Assembly (NCBI GenBank): GCA_964360675.1
Contig: CAYHXT010000001.1
Location: 10,491-74,490, forward strand
Source: an uncultured Methanosarcinales archaeon
Lineage (GTDB): Archaea; Nanobdellota; Nanobdellia; Woesearchaeales; GW2011-AR9
Length of the DNA stretch: 64,000 bases
Direction of reading: 5' to 3'
In this document: in pieces, positions 18,465 to 27,980 of the stretch
How the letters are laid out: the number at the start of each line of letters is the position of its first letter
How positions within the stretch are numbered: the first letter of the stretch is position 1
Translations under genes and position numbers: made by a program
The notes under the pieces: model-generated
Databases searched by the model: none
What the model was told of the DNA's origin: nothing
The model's input: only the letters and a program-made list of their open reading frames with translations

Positions 18465-19298
18465 ATGTTTTCTGCCCTTCCCATAAAAATCAGAGCAAAT
18501 CTTGCCCGTCCAGTTCTTGAAGCAGCAATTGCTGCCGGAAAGGAAATTTTACAAATATATAATCAAGATTTTAAAATTACATTTAAACAGCAACAAGAAC
18601 CGCTGACAGAAGCCGATCTTGTCAGCAATAAAATTATCTTAAAAGCGCTTAAGAAAACAAATATTGCCATTCTTTCAGAAGAAACTAAGGATAATTTAGA
18701 ACGAGTTGACCAGGATCTTCTATGGATTGTTGATCCATTAGATGGGACCCGGGAGTTTATCAACAAAAATGGAGAATTCTCTGTTATGGTTGGATTAGCA
18801 GAGAAAGGTATTCCGGTCCTTGGTATCATCTATCAGCCTACAACTAAAGATCTTTTTCTCTCCTCTAAAGGCGAAGGCGCATATGAAAAAACTACGGAAG
18901 GCTGGAAAAGGCTCAAAACCACCGCCATCACTACTTTGTCGGAAGCGCGCGGCATTTTAAGCAGAAATAATCTTTCTGAGGAAGAGGCCAGATTTTTAGA
19001 AAGAAATAACATCAATAAGTTTACGCAAAAAGGCAGCGCTGGGTTAAAAGCCGGGGAAATCTGCCGCGGCAACGCCGAATTTTATTTTAACAGCACAAAT
19101 AAACTCAAAGAATGGGATACCTGCGCGGCCCATAGCCTGATTCTAGAGGCGGGGGGCAACCTGACTACATTCAGGGGAGAGGAAATAACTTATAACAAAA
19201 AGGACCCGATACATCATGGAGGGGTTCTCTTTACCAATAATATAATCTTACATGAAAATCTACGGAAGAAAATAATTTCTAAATATAAGAATCTTTAA
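18465..19298 (+). CDS. cysQ: 3'(2'),5'-bisphosphate nucleotidase
   Basis: PLTEAD, LSEE, WIVDPLDGTREF, GSAGLK, EWDTCAA. Confidence 0.9.
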   Translation: MFSALPIKIRANLARPVLEAAIAAGKEILQIYNQDFKITFKQQQEPLTEADLVSNKIILKALKKTNIAILSEETKDNLERVDQDLLWIVDPLDGTREFINKNGEFSVMVGLAEKGIPVLGIIYQPTTKDLFLSSKGEGAYEKTTEGWKRLKTTAITTLSEARGILSRNNLSEEEARFLERNNINKFTQKGSAGLKAGEICRGNAEFYFNSTNKLKEWDTCAAHSLILEAGGNLTTFRGEEITYNKKDPIHHGGVLFTNNIILHENLRKKIISKYKNL

Positions 19299-20734
19299 TG
19301 TTTTCTCCAAAAATAAAATAATTTCTTATCTTCAGCATTAAATTCCCGCATTAACCATAATAACAAGATATACAAAATAAATAATAAAGTAGAATAAAGT
19401 AATAATCCTATTCCCTTAGCCGGAAGTAAGCGTATTAAAAAAAATAAAGGCGCTGTTGCTAAAATAATGCGGATAAATGACTGCCAGGGAACAAATTTCC
19501 CCGAAATATTGAACAGAGAAAATGTCTGTATAAGGCAGGCTATAAATCCAATTAGGCCCGCAAACAATGTTGCTAACGCCGCCCCTTCCAGGCCGTAGCG
19601 CGGAATAAAAATCAATCCTGATATAAACGCTGCCAACAATGAAACCAAGGCAATTATCATCGCAAAAACATGGCGTCCCGCCCCCGATAATACTGAAGAA
19701 AGTAAGAAAAACAACGCGAAAAATCCGTGCCCTATAATCAGGATGCGTAATGCGTTACCTGCAACTATAAATTCATTAGGATAAAATAATGAAAGTATTT
19801 GTTCTGCGTAACCGTAAATCAAAACACCCAAAGGGATTAATAACATAAGGGAATAGCGCAATGAAAGCGCAACATATTTTTTAACAAGAAATAAATTATT
19901 TTCTGCCACTGCTTTAGAAACAGACGGAAGTAATGTTAGTGGCAATGCCGAAAGCAAGGAGAATGTAATCTTGGCCAAAGTGCTTGCTGCGGTATAATAT
20001 CCCGGTAATGCAGCATCATCCAATTGGCTCTTAATCAAAAACAATCCCGCATCCATGGCCAGCATCAAAGCACCATAATAAACTGTAATAGGCAGTGAAA
20101 ATTTTAACAGAGTTATTATCGGAAATACCTCCCTTGATTTTTCTAAAGAAATAGTCTTCCAAACAAAAAGAAGCGCGAATAAAGGCGCAATGATATATGC
20201 AAACACCACCCCATACAAATTGAACCCAAAATAAACTAATCCAATAGCTAACAAAAATCTAACTACGGAGTGGATTGCTTCTGCCAAGGCTTGCTCTTTG
20301 AAAAGTCTCATCCCATTGAGATAACCATCGTTATATACTACATAAATCCCCACGGATAGGACTACCAGGGAGGATAAACGAATGGGCCAGATTAAAGAAG
20401 AATCGTGTAGTTTTTCGGCTAAAAATCCGGCAAAGAAAAAATACAATATCACACAAAGAGAAATAAATAGCAATTGCAAATGAAACCCGCTTCTTAGCAC
20501 TGCATGGAAAGATTCTTTCTGTTCCGAAATGTATTTTGAAATCGCTTTCGTCGTTCCAGTCAAAAATAAAGTCTTTGTAATCATAATAATAGAAAGGATA
20601 ATTCCCATATTGCCATAGGCTGCTGCGCTTACTAGGTGCGCCAAGGAAATATGGAGCAAATAACCGGAGAGTAAAATCACAAACTGTGTTGCCATCAGAT
20701 AGGCAGTTCCCTTTGCAACGACGTGCTGATCCAT
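19295..20734 (-). CDS. Oligosaccharide flippase (MOP/Wzx family)
   Basis: About 14 TM helices, G.Y.AA motif, PRYGLEGAALAT. Confidence 0.88.
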   Translation of the reverse strand: MDQHVVAKGTAYLMATQFVILLSGYLLHISLAHLVSAAAYGNMGIILSIIMITKTLFLTGTTKAISKYISEQKESFHAVLRSGFHLQLLFISLCVILYFFFAGFLAEKLHDSSLIWPIRLSSLVVLSVGIYVVYNDGYLNGMRLFKEQALAEAIHSVVRFLLAIGLVYFGFNLYGVVFAYIIAPLFALLFVWKTISLEKSREVFPIITLLKFSLPITVYYGALMLAMDAGLFLIKSQLDDAALPGYYTAASTLAKITFSLLSALPLTLLPSVSKAVAENNLFLVKKYVALSLRYSLMLLIPLGVLIYGYAEQILSLFYPNEFIVAGNALRILIIGHGFFALFFLLSSVLSGAGRHVFAMIIALVSLLAAFISGLIFIPRYGLEGAALATLFAGLIGFIACLIQTFSLFNISGKFVPWQSFIRIILATAPLFFLIRLLPAKGIGLLLYSTLLFILYILLLWLMREFNAEDKKLFYFWRKH

Positions 20735-21453
20735 TAAATCTCTCCTGGTTTATCTAGACGGTAATTGTTATTTAATTGAGTTGCGACTTTTCTTATCAGT
20801 TCTAAGAATAAAAATAAGGTGTAAATCACGAGAACATAATAATGTAATCCTAAAAGTGTTCCGAAAAACATCAGATTAAAAAGATATTCTAATCTAAAAA
20901 ATGCAAACACGGAATAAAGTAACGTATGCTGATTCTTAAGCAGTGACTTTCCAAAAGATGCCTCTATAAGATGCTGATGTTTTTTATCTGAGTACCACAA
21001 AGGATTAAGCGTCGTTGCCTTATTCAATAAAAACAGCAGTGCGGCGAAAATACCCAGCAACAGCGGTAAGATTTTTCCGGTAATTCTAAATGTGCCTATG
21101 CCAAAACATATAAGCAATAGGGGATTAGCAATGTAGTGCCCTAAATAATCAAAATATATCCCATTAAGGGAAAACTGCTTCTTATAACGGGCGATAATTC
21201 CGTCGGAACAATCCAGAATAAAGAATAGTTGGAAAATAGTTACGCCTATGAGCATAGATAACCAAGTGCCTTTTGCAACAAAAAGCGCTGATGCGATCTG
21301 CCCGATAATCCAGATAATAGTTACTTGGTTGGCAGTTAGGGGCGTATGTAAAAATAGCCAAGCCGGATAATAAGCCAGATAATCCATAAAGGAATAGATG
21401 AAATCTCTTCTTTTAGTTTTAGATATTTTACGTAATTCTTTGATGGTTATCAT
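20734..21453 (-). CDS. CDP-alcohol phosphotransferase family protein
   Basis: TANQVT and DCSDGIIAR-x8-G-x3-D-x3-H (fourth Asp replaced by His). Confidence 0.82.
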   Translation of the reverse strand: MITIKELRKISKTKRRDFIYSFMDYLAYYPAWLFLHTPLTANQVTIIWIIGQIASALFVAKGTWLSMLIGVTIFQLFFILDCSDGIIARYKKQFSLNGIYFDYLGHYIANPLLLICFGIGTFRITGKILPLLLGIFAALLFLLNKATTLNPLWYSDKKHQHLIEASFGKSLLKNQHTLLYSVFAFFRLEYLFNLMFFGTLLGLHYYVLVIYTLFLFLELIRKVATQLNNNYRLDKPGEI

Positions 21454-21496
21454 TATTTTTTTCTACCAGATTATTTGCCAATTTCGATTATGAAAA

Positions 21497-22000
21497 TTAG
21501 ATTTTTTTAAGCCTTCCCTCTACTCCTGTAAAAATATTGTTGATCAAGGAATTAAGGTAATATAAGTTCTTATGAAATTTTAATCTATGGAATAATATGG
21601 GGGTAATCCATATCTTCCCTTTAAATTTAACTTTAGTGATAACGCTCCTTTTACCGCCTTTTATAAAATGATTGAAAGAATCGGGAGTAAGGTGCTGTTT
21701 ATGGGTAGTGTCCTTGCTGTCTACATGAGTGAATGCCAAAGGCACTCGAAAATATAATTCTCCCCCTTCTTTTAGGATCCGGTGTGTTTCTTCCATAAAT
21801 AACTTAAAGTCAGAAAGGTGCTCTATGACTGCATTAGCAAGGATGTAATCGATTGAATTATCCATAAACGGCCAAGGGGATTTGTCTAAATTCCATTCCA
21901 GGTCTTTACGGACAAAAGGGCTGGAATCCACATTAACATATCCTTCTTTATAATTAGTTCCGCATCCGAGATGCAATTTAACTTGTTTTGGCGAATACAT
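21497..22000 (-). CDS. Small SAM-dependent methyltransferase (type 11)
   Basis: LHLGCG...GYVNVD, IEHL, RILK.GG, D.TH. Confidence 0.82.
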   Translation of the reverse strand: MYSPKQVKLHLGCGTNYKEGYVNVDSSPFVRKDLEWNLDKSPWPFMDNSIDYILANAVIEHLSDFKLFMEETHRILKEGGELYFRVPLAFTHVDSKDTTHKQHLTPDSFNHFIKGGKRSVITKVKFKGKIWITPILFHRLKFHKNLYYLNSLINNIFTGVEGRLKKI

Positions 22001-22175
22001 CTTCTGTTTCTATGGCGTTAAGTTAATCTTTTTCTACAAAAGTACTGTTGTTGCTACAACATTACACTGCAAGACAGCAAAAAGAAAATCGGGGGCTGTG
22101 GGCTTAATAAATTTTACTAAATTATGTTCTTTGTAGGCCGGAAATCCGGGCTTTAACTTTACTTCTGTAATTTCA

Positions 22176-22973
22176 TCAAAGTTGTTCGTATAGTTCTATA
22201 CCGTTTTTTAAGTCAACTTCGGGTTTCCATTTCAACATCTCTTGCGCTTTTGCATTACATAAACTGCTGAATTCTATCTCTCTTTTTTGATTACGTTTAA
22301 TCTCATTAAGCGCATCGATACCCATAATCAAACCCAATTGGGTCAAGTTAGTATCAATACCAGTACTAATATTAAATGTTTCATTGCATACATCGCTTTT
22401 GATGCTTTTTTCAATAGCCCTACATACATCAGTCACATGAACAAAATCTCTGGTGTAATGGGGCTTGCCTATAAGATTAAATGCCGTATTCTCTTTCCAT
22501 TTAGAAATAACTCCTCGTCCGCCTTTTCCATAAACATTAGAAAAACGTAAAATAATATGCGGGATTTTTTTACCTCTAATTATGTTTTCACAGTATTTTT
22601 TAGCCAAACCATAACTATTGATTGGATGCAAAATCTGATTTTCGTCAGCTTTATGCGCATTGCCGTATACTGCAGCCGAACTTGTAAAAATCAATTTGTT
22701 TACATTATATTTCTTACATAAACCAGTTATAATCATTGTTCCATAAATATTATTTTTTAGATTATTCCAAATTTTATTGTCAAGACCGGCCGCGAGATGT
22801 ATAACATAATCCGGTTTATTTTCTTTAAATATCTTATCCATCAATCCAGGGTTGGTTATGTTATTTTTTGATTTGATATCTACCTCAACTATTTTATATT
22901 TATTTTCTAATAGCTTAATCACTCTTTTTCCTATAAATCCTCCCGCCCCCGTAATCAATATAGTGTGTTTCAT
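22176..22973 (-). CDS. NAD-dependent epimerase/dehydratase (extended SDR, GalE-like)
   Basis: GAGGFIG, HLAA, SSAAVYG, YGLAK, RFSNVYG, RDFVHV. Confidence 0.88.
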   Translation of the reverse strand: MKHTILITGAGGFIGKRVIKLLENKYKIVEVDIKSKNNITNPGLMDKIFKENKPDYVIHLAAGLDNKIWNNLKNNIYGTMIITGLCKKYNVNKLIFTSSAAVYGNAHKADENQILHPINSYGLAKKYCENIIRGKKIPHIILRFSNVYGKGGRGVISKWKENTAFNLIGKPHYTRDFVHVTDVCRAIEKSIKSDVCNETFNISTGIDTNLTQLGLIMGIDALNEIKRNQKREIEFSSLCNAKAQEMLKWKPEVDLKNGIELYEQL

Positions 22974-23293
22974 TTTTTATTCATTGAATTTAAATTTATA
23001 TTTCGTCCCCATTTTTTTTGTATCCGCCCGTGATGGGCGCCTTATATCCACCTATTTTTGTCAAAATCACTTTTTCTTTATAAAAATTACCTGAACTTCG
23101 GTTTTCCCGGCCAATTTTGGCGTTCTCTATTTGCGATAAAAAGCCGTAGAAGTGCAGAAGTCTGTCCGGCACAGATGTCCCTATCTCGACTTGGCTGGAA
23201 AACAACCGGGTTGGACAGTTAAGAAAAGTTTTTTACTACACAATATTTATAAATTTTTTATGGTTTGACAGTATAATTAGCACAAATAAGCTC

Positions 23294-23896
23294 ATGAAAA
23301 AATTAATCATCCGGTTCGACAAAAATAAATGTGTGGGGAATGGTGGTTGTGTAGCTGCGGCTCCAGATTTCTTTAAATTAGAGGAAGATAAGTCTGTATG
23401 TATCGGTGCAAAAGTAGATAAAAAAACCAATATTTATACTTTAATCATCCCTTGCGATGATGATACTGCCAAACAGATCGTTGCAGCAGGAGAAAGCTGT
23501 CCGGTAAACGCGATAGGCGTCTACGATGCTGATACGAAGCGGGAAATCGTCAGCACCAGCGTAGATACACTTAATACTAAAGAAATATTTGCTACTTATG
23601 ACGATGCAAAAGAATTTGTTCTCGATAAAGAAGGATATTTCCTGATAAGGCTTGATAAGGGACGTAAGCTGATTGAAGTCGCATTCTGCAACGAGAAAAA
23701 TAAAATCGTATTAACTGTCCGCGGAAAAAAGCCGATAGATATTTATCATACTATCTTGAATAAAGAAAAGCTCCCCATCAGGAAAGAACATGCTGCATAT
23801 CTCGGCCGGGAACTGCAGAAGGCGTATATAGCGCTGGAGAACGGCTTAAATTATGTACAAGACGACGAACTTGTTCTGACAAAACTAAATAAATGA
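23294..23896 (+). CDS. Fusion: single-cluster ferredoxin + DUF4346-like domain
   Basis: CVGNGGC...CPVNAI; then D.EGYF.I ... EHAAYLGRELQKA..AL..G..YVQD. Confidence 0.75.
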   Translation: MKKLIIRFDKNKCVGNGGCVAAAPDFFKLEEDKSVCIGAKVDKKTNIYTLIIPCDDDTAKQIVAAGESCPVNAIGVYDADTKREIVSTSVDTLNTKEIFATYDDAKEFVLDKEGYFLIRLDKGRKLIEVAFCNEKNKIVLTVRGKKPIDIYHTILNKEKLPIRKEHAAYLGRELQKAYIALENGLNYVQDDELVLTKLNK

Positions 23897-23912
23897 TTAT
23901 TTGAGAATCAAA

Positions 23913-25400
23913 TTATTTCCGCTTCATTTTATTTTTTGATAATTTATTTCTTATCAGTTTCTTAAAGTTGAAAGTGTAATATCCTATATAATTAAAGATA
24001 CGATAATCTGTCTTCTTTAATGCGACCAGTAATTCAAATGGAAGGGGCGGTATAAGGAAAAATCCCTTATATGTCTTTGAAGTAAGAAAGAAATTTACCA
24101 TCCATCGTGGATATAATTGCAGACTTTTCATCATAAATTGAAAATTTTTAATCAACCTTGCTGCTTTTTTATCTTTTACTGAACCGCCGGTAATGTAAGT
24201 GTTCTGCGCTCCTTGTTCAGCTTCTTTGACTTGTTCATCAGTCGCGCTAGTTTTCTGCAGAACCGAAGTGGAAGGGAAATATTGCAGCCAGTAACAAGTA
24301 ATCCTTACCGGCCTGTATTTGTTGAATAAACGTATCGCAAATTTCATGTCCTCTTCAGTTTCACCAAAGCCGAACATCATGTCGACATAGAAATTAAGCT
24401 TATATTTGCTGCAGGCCTTAAGAGCATTGATGATATCTTCAGTAGTCTCAATTCTAGTCATCATTTTTCTCTTAATTTCCTGATTGAAAGTCTGAATGCC
24501 CATCTCTAACTTATAACATCCGCTTTCTTTCAATAGTTTTGCTATTTCATCATCAACGTGAAGCGGATGAGTTATGGCTCGGTAAGGGACATTAATCTCT
24601 AGTTTATATTTTGGCAAAAATTTACGCAGCCATTCTTTATCATGGGTGAATATGTCATCTTCAAAACTGACATACTTGAACTTGTATTTCTGTTTAGCTA
24701 GTCGCAATTCTCCTAAGACATGTTCCGGGCTTCTTCTGCGGACGTATCTGTGCGCATCTTTTACATATAATTTACGCAGAAGATTATGGCAGCAGAAACT
24801 ACATGCAAAAAGGCACCCTCTGGCAGTTGCAATCATGTAATGCTTCATTGGCACATGGGGCGCAAACAACGCTTTATTTGGATAAGGTAAAGAATCTAAA
24901 TCTTGTTTAAGAGGCCTTACTGGATTTCCCATAGCCTTACCGTCTTTCTTATACCATACATTGGGAATAGCATAATTAGGTTCCTTCTTTTGTATTGAAG
25001 CCAGCAGTTCCAGAAGAGAATCTTCCGATTCTCCAACTACAACGTAATCAACACAGTCTTCCTGTACAGTTTTCTCAGGGACTGAGGTAGGATGAATGCC
25101 TCCGAAAATAATCGGTATATTTTTCGCTTGTTTCATTTTGCGTGCTATATCTAAAGCCCATTGATTACAGTCTGAAAATACCGAAAATAATACTATGTCC
25201 GGATTGGTCGCCAGTACATCTTCTACGATGTTTTTATATTTGAATAATTTTGCAAGGAAAGGTATTTGAAGATAATACTTGTCATCAAACAAAGCAGGAT
25301 CAAAAACCAACGCAGTTTGGTGTCCATGTTTCTCCAACATAGCGGAGAGACTTTCGATGCCGAGATTCTCAGCGCCCATATATAAGAAAGTGACTTTCAT
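23913..25400 (-). CDS. B12-binding radical SAM protein
   Basis: GGIHPT, VGESE, RGCLFACSFC, FEDD.F; ATG 25400 preferred (TTG 25448 possible). Confidence 0.88.
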   Translation of the reverse strand: MKVTFLYMGAENLGIESLSAMLEKHGHQTALVFDPALFDDKYYLQIPFLAKLFKYKNIVEDVLATNPDIVLFSVFSDCNQWALDIARKMKQAKNIPIIFGGIHPTSVPEKTVQEDCVDYVVVGESEDSLLELLASIQKKEPNYAIPNVWYKKDGKAMGNPVRPLKQDLDSLPYPNKALFAPHVPMKHYMIATARGCLFACSFCCHNLLRKLYVKDAHRYVRRRSPEHVLGELRLAKQKYKFKYVSFEDDIFTHDKEWLRKFLPKYKLEINVPYRAITHPLHVDDEIAKLLKESGCYKLEMGIQTFNQEIKRKMMTRIETTEDIINALKACSKYKLNFYVDMMFGFGETEEDMKFAIRLFNKYRPVRITCYWLQYFPSTSVLQKTSATDEQVKEAEQGAQNTYITGGSVKDKKAARLIKNFQFMMKSLQLYPRWMVNFFLTSKTYKGFFLIPPLPFELLVALKKTDYRIFNYIGYYTFNFKKLIRNKLSKNKMKRK

Positions 25401-25604
25401 CTTTTTAGGGGAAGAATACTTGTTTTTAAACTTTTCTAGTCTTTGCAATAATTAAAAATTAGCAAGAATGTTTAGATTTTATTTCTTAAAATAATATCTT
25501 TGTGTTGCTAATTAGACCTAACTGATCTCATCACGTATCACATCACCAAAATGCAAAGCGCTTCTACGCCGTTGTCGCTTTACCAATTATCCTTTTTATC
25601 TATT

Positions 25605-26876
25605 TTATTTTGTGGTCTTATTTTCTCCGACTTCTTTTTTAAATTGTTCAATCCAATAGTTGATCCTATCTTCAGTAAGGTTGGGATGCTTAAATAACGG
25701 CTGTTTGCTCTCTAATATCTGATTGTACGATTCCCAGTTATCGGACTTAAAAATATCCATCCCAAACTTTTCCGGATTCCCCCATAATGGCGTCGACGGG
25801 CTAGGGACTAATTTGTAAATATCAGTGATGAATTTTTTGCCCCATTTTTGTTTTAAGTCTTTAGCCCAGTTAATCGTTTCTCTCATAGTTTCATCAGTTT
25901 CACTTGGCAAACCGCATATGAAAAATCCCTTTATGCCTAGGCCATATTTCATGCACATATCTATTCCTTTTTCTTGTTGCGCTACTGACATATATTTATT
26001 CATAGCCTTCAAAACAGTGTCTGAACCAGATTCTATACCTAATGAAATCCATTTGCAACCAGCTTCAGCCATGGCTTTACACAGTTCTTCAGATAATGTG
26101 TCTGCTCTAGTTGTTGCCCTAAATACGACGTCTGGAAATTCAGTTTTCATCAATTTACATAAATTAATGAATCTCTCTTGGTCTGATTTTCTTGGAGATG
26201 TTATGACATCATCAGCAAAATAAAATCCTCTTACACTATATTTTGTGTAAAGTAATCTTAATTCTTCCATTACATGTTCAAAACTTCTTGGCCGCCATTT
26301 TTTTATTTTTGCTGAACCGCAATAGCAACAATTTGCGTAACATCCGCGGCTGGTTATTACAATAGCGCCTTTTTTACCTTCAACAGTCATGAAATATCTT
26401 TCAAATTTAATCCCTTCGTAATCCGGCATTGGCAGCGTATTTAGGTCTAAACTTTTACCGCCATCTATCAATTGCTGCTGGGGCTTATCTCTAATCACCT
26501 TCAATAAAGCTTCTTCCCCATCTCCCGTAATTACATAATTAAACACTTTTAAAGTCCTTTCTTCGCGAGGGTTATCGGTAATGTGGTTGCCGCCAGCCAC
26601 TAAAACATTATTTTCGTGTTTAAACTGTTTTGCTAATTCTAAAACCTGAAAATAGTTTGGCGTCGAAACTGAAAAACAGATGAATTTAGGGTCGTATCTG
26701 AAAATAAACTCTTTCAAACTATCTTCAGTATCATGATTTAAATCAAATATTTTGGTCTCATATCCCTGCTGTTTTAGATAAGCTGAAAGTTGTGCTAAAG
26801 CTAATGGGCATCTATCACCAAGATTTCCGCCCGTTTTTTCTAGATATTTATCTCTTGGATTTATCAGGCAAATCAT
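25605..26876 (-). CDS. B12-binding radical SAM protein
   Basis: GGNH.T, GDGE, SRGCYANCCYC, FADD, GIESGS. Confidence 0.88.
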   Translation of the reverse strand: MICLINPRDKYLEKTGGNLGDRCPLALAQLSAYLKQQGYETKIFDLNHDTEDSLKEFIFRYDPKFICFSVSTPNYFQVLELAKQFKHENNVLVAGGNHITDNPREERTLKVFNYVITGDGEEALLKVIRDKPQQQLIDGGKSLDLNTLPMPDYEGIKFERYFMTVEGKKGAIVITSRGCYANCCYCGSAKIKKWRPRSFEHVMEELRLLYTKYSVRGFYFADDVITSPRKSDQERFINLCKLMKTEFPDVVFRATTRADTLSEELCKAMAEAGCKWISLGIESGSDTVLKAMNKYMSVAQQEKGIDMCMKYGLGIKGFFICGLPSETDETMRETINWAKDLKQKWGKKFITDIYKLVPSPSTPLWGNPEKFGMDIFKSDNWESYNQILESKQPLFKHPNLTEDRINYWIEQFKKEVGENKTTK

Positions 26877-26915
26877 ATTTTTCACGCACTTCACATCATT
26901 TTATGCAATATCTGC

Positions 26916-27980
26916 TCAAACTCCTTTTCCTTTAGCAAGCTCTTCTTGAGGCAGGATTATTTTATTAATAAAATTAACCGTCCATTCTGTCACACTAATT
27001 TTATCTTCCAATAATCTCTTGCGCTTACTCTTCCATTCTTCTTTTAAATTAGGATTATTTAGCATTTCTTCCACACGAAGGAGTAATTTTTTCCCGTCAA
27101 CAATCTTTTCAACGAGATGATATTTATTGGACTCTTCTTCAAGATAGCTGGTATTCAGGTTATTGATGTAAATGGTAGGGATTCCCAATACTGCGGCTTC
27201 TGAAGCAACACTTGCCCCTTCACTGATAACCAAAGAGGAAAAAGCTATAATATCCATAAAATCTTTTGAATCAATTCTCAATAAATATTTTTGTAAATCT
27301 GTGGGGGCTAGATTATCCTCCGCAGAGATAAAAACTTTTCCAAATCTCTCCAGCAGTTGGATGAGTTTCTTTTTATCATCCAGCCCTAACCGCTTCACAT
27401 TAATATCATGGCTGGAATCCCATGATACAAATCTGACTACAAAATATTTTTCGTTGGCTGCAATTCCAATCTTTCTTAATGTTTCTTCCGACGGCGTATA
27501 ATAATCAGGATGCAGGTAAGCTAATTCTTTATAACCATTAAAACGAACATGTTTTTTCCCATAATCATCAGTATAACAACTTGGCGTGCACATTTTTGTG
27601 ATGAATGGGAGTGTAAGGATTTTAATTATTATGGTTGCATGTTCAGCATCATAGAAACTTATTGAAGGTTTTCTTAGCAGCCTACCGACCGGGGCTATGC
27701 TCATGCCCCCAAACCCAATTAGTACATCTGGCCTGAATTTCTTTGCTAGTTTGAGTAATTTGTAATTGTGCTGGCATAATTCCAAAGCAAGCCCCAAGAG
27801 CCCTTTTCCTTTAGTGCTAAGAATGGCGTGTTTAATCCCATAATCGTCCAATAAGTCAACAATAACATCTTTGTTACGGGAAGTTACTAGCACTTGGTGG
27901 CCTGAATCTTCCATGCGCCAAATAAAATTCTTGAAAAAATGGACTTCCGCAGGATGCCATAAGTCGACAATAATATTCAT
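26916..27980 (-). CDS. DUF354-like GT-B fold protein
   Basis: HPAEVHFFK, TSR.KD, F.GYKELAYLHP, VRFVSW.S.HD, EAAVLG.P. Confidence 0.8.
   Translation of the reverse strand: MNIIVDLWHPAEVHFFKNFIWRMEDSGHQVLVTSRNKDVIVDLLDDYGIKHAILSTKGKGLLGLALELCQHNYKLLKLAKKFRPDVLIGFGGMSIAPVGRLLRKPSISFYDAEHATIIIKILTLPFITKMCTPSCYTDDYGKKHVRFNGYKELAYLHPDYYTPSEETLRKIGIAANEKYFVVRFVSWDSSHDINVKRLGLDDKKKLIQLLERFGKVFISAEDNLAPTDLQKYLLRIDSKDFMDIIAFSSLVISEGASVASEAAVLGIPTIYINNLNTSYLEEESNKYHLVEKIVDGKKLLLRVEEMLNNPNLKEEWKSKRKRLLEDKISVTEWTVNFINKIILPQEELAKGKGV

Noticed and set aside
22001..22175. Possible pseudogene fragments in this gap (and at 25449-25604)
   Set aside because: Short open frames without starts or recognisable family; cannot be supported without a search
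22996..23205. 69-aa minus-strand ORF or ncRNA in the gap upstream of the epimerase
   Set aside because: No motif, weak start and no convincing structure
23265..23277. TTGACA and TATAAT hexamers as a sigma70 promoter
   Set aside because: Only 1 nt apart; an archaeal TTTATAAA box just upstream explains the promoter
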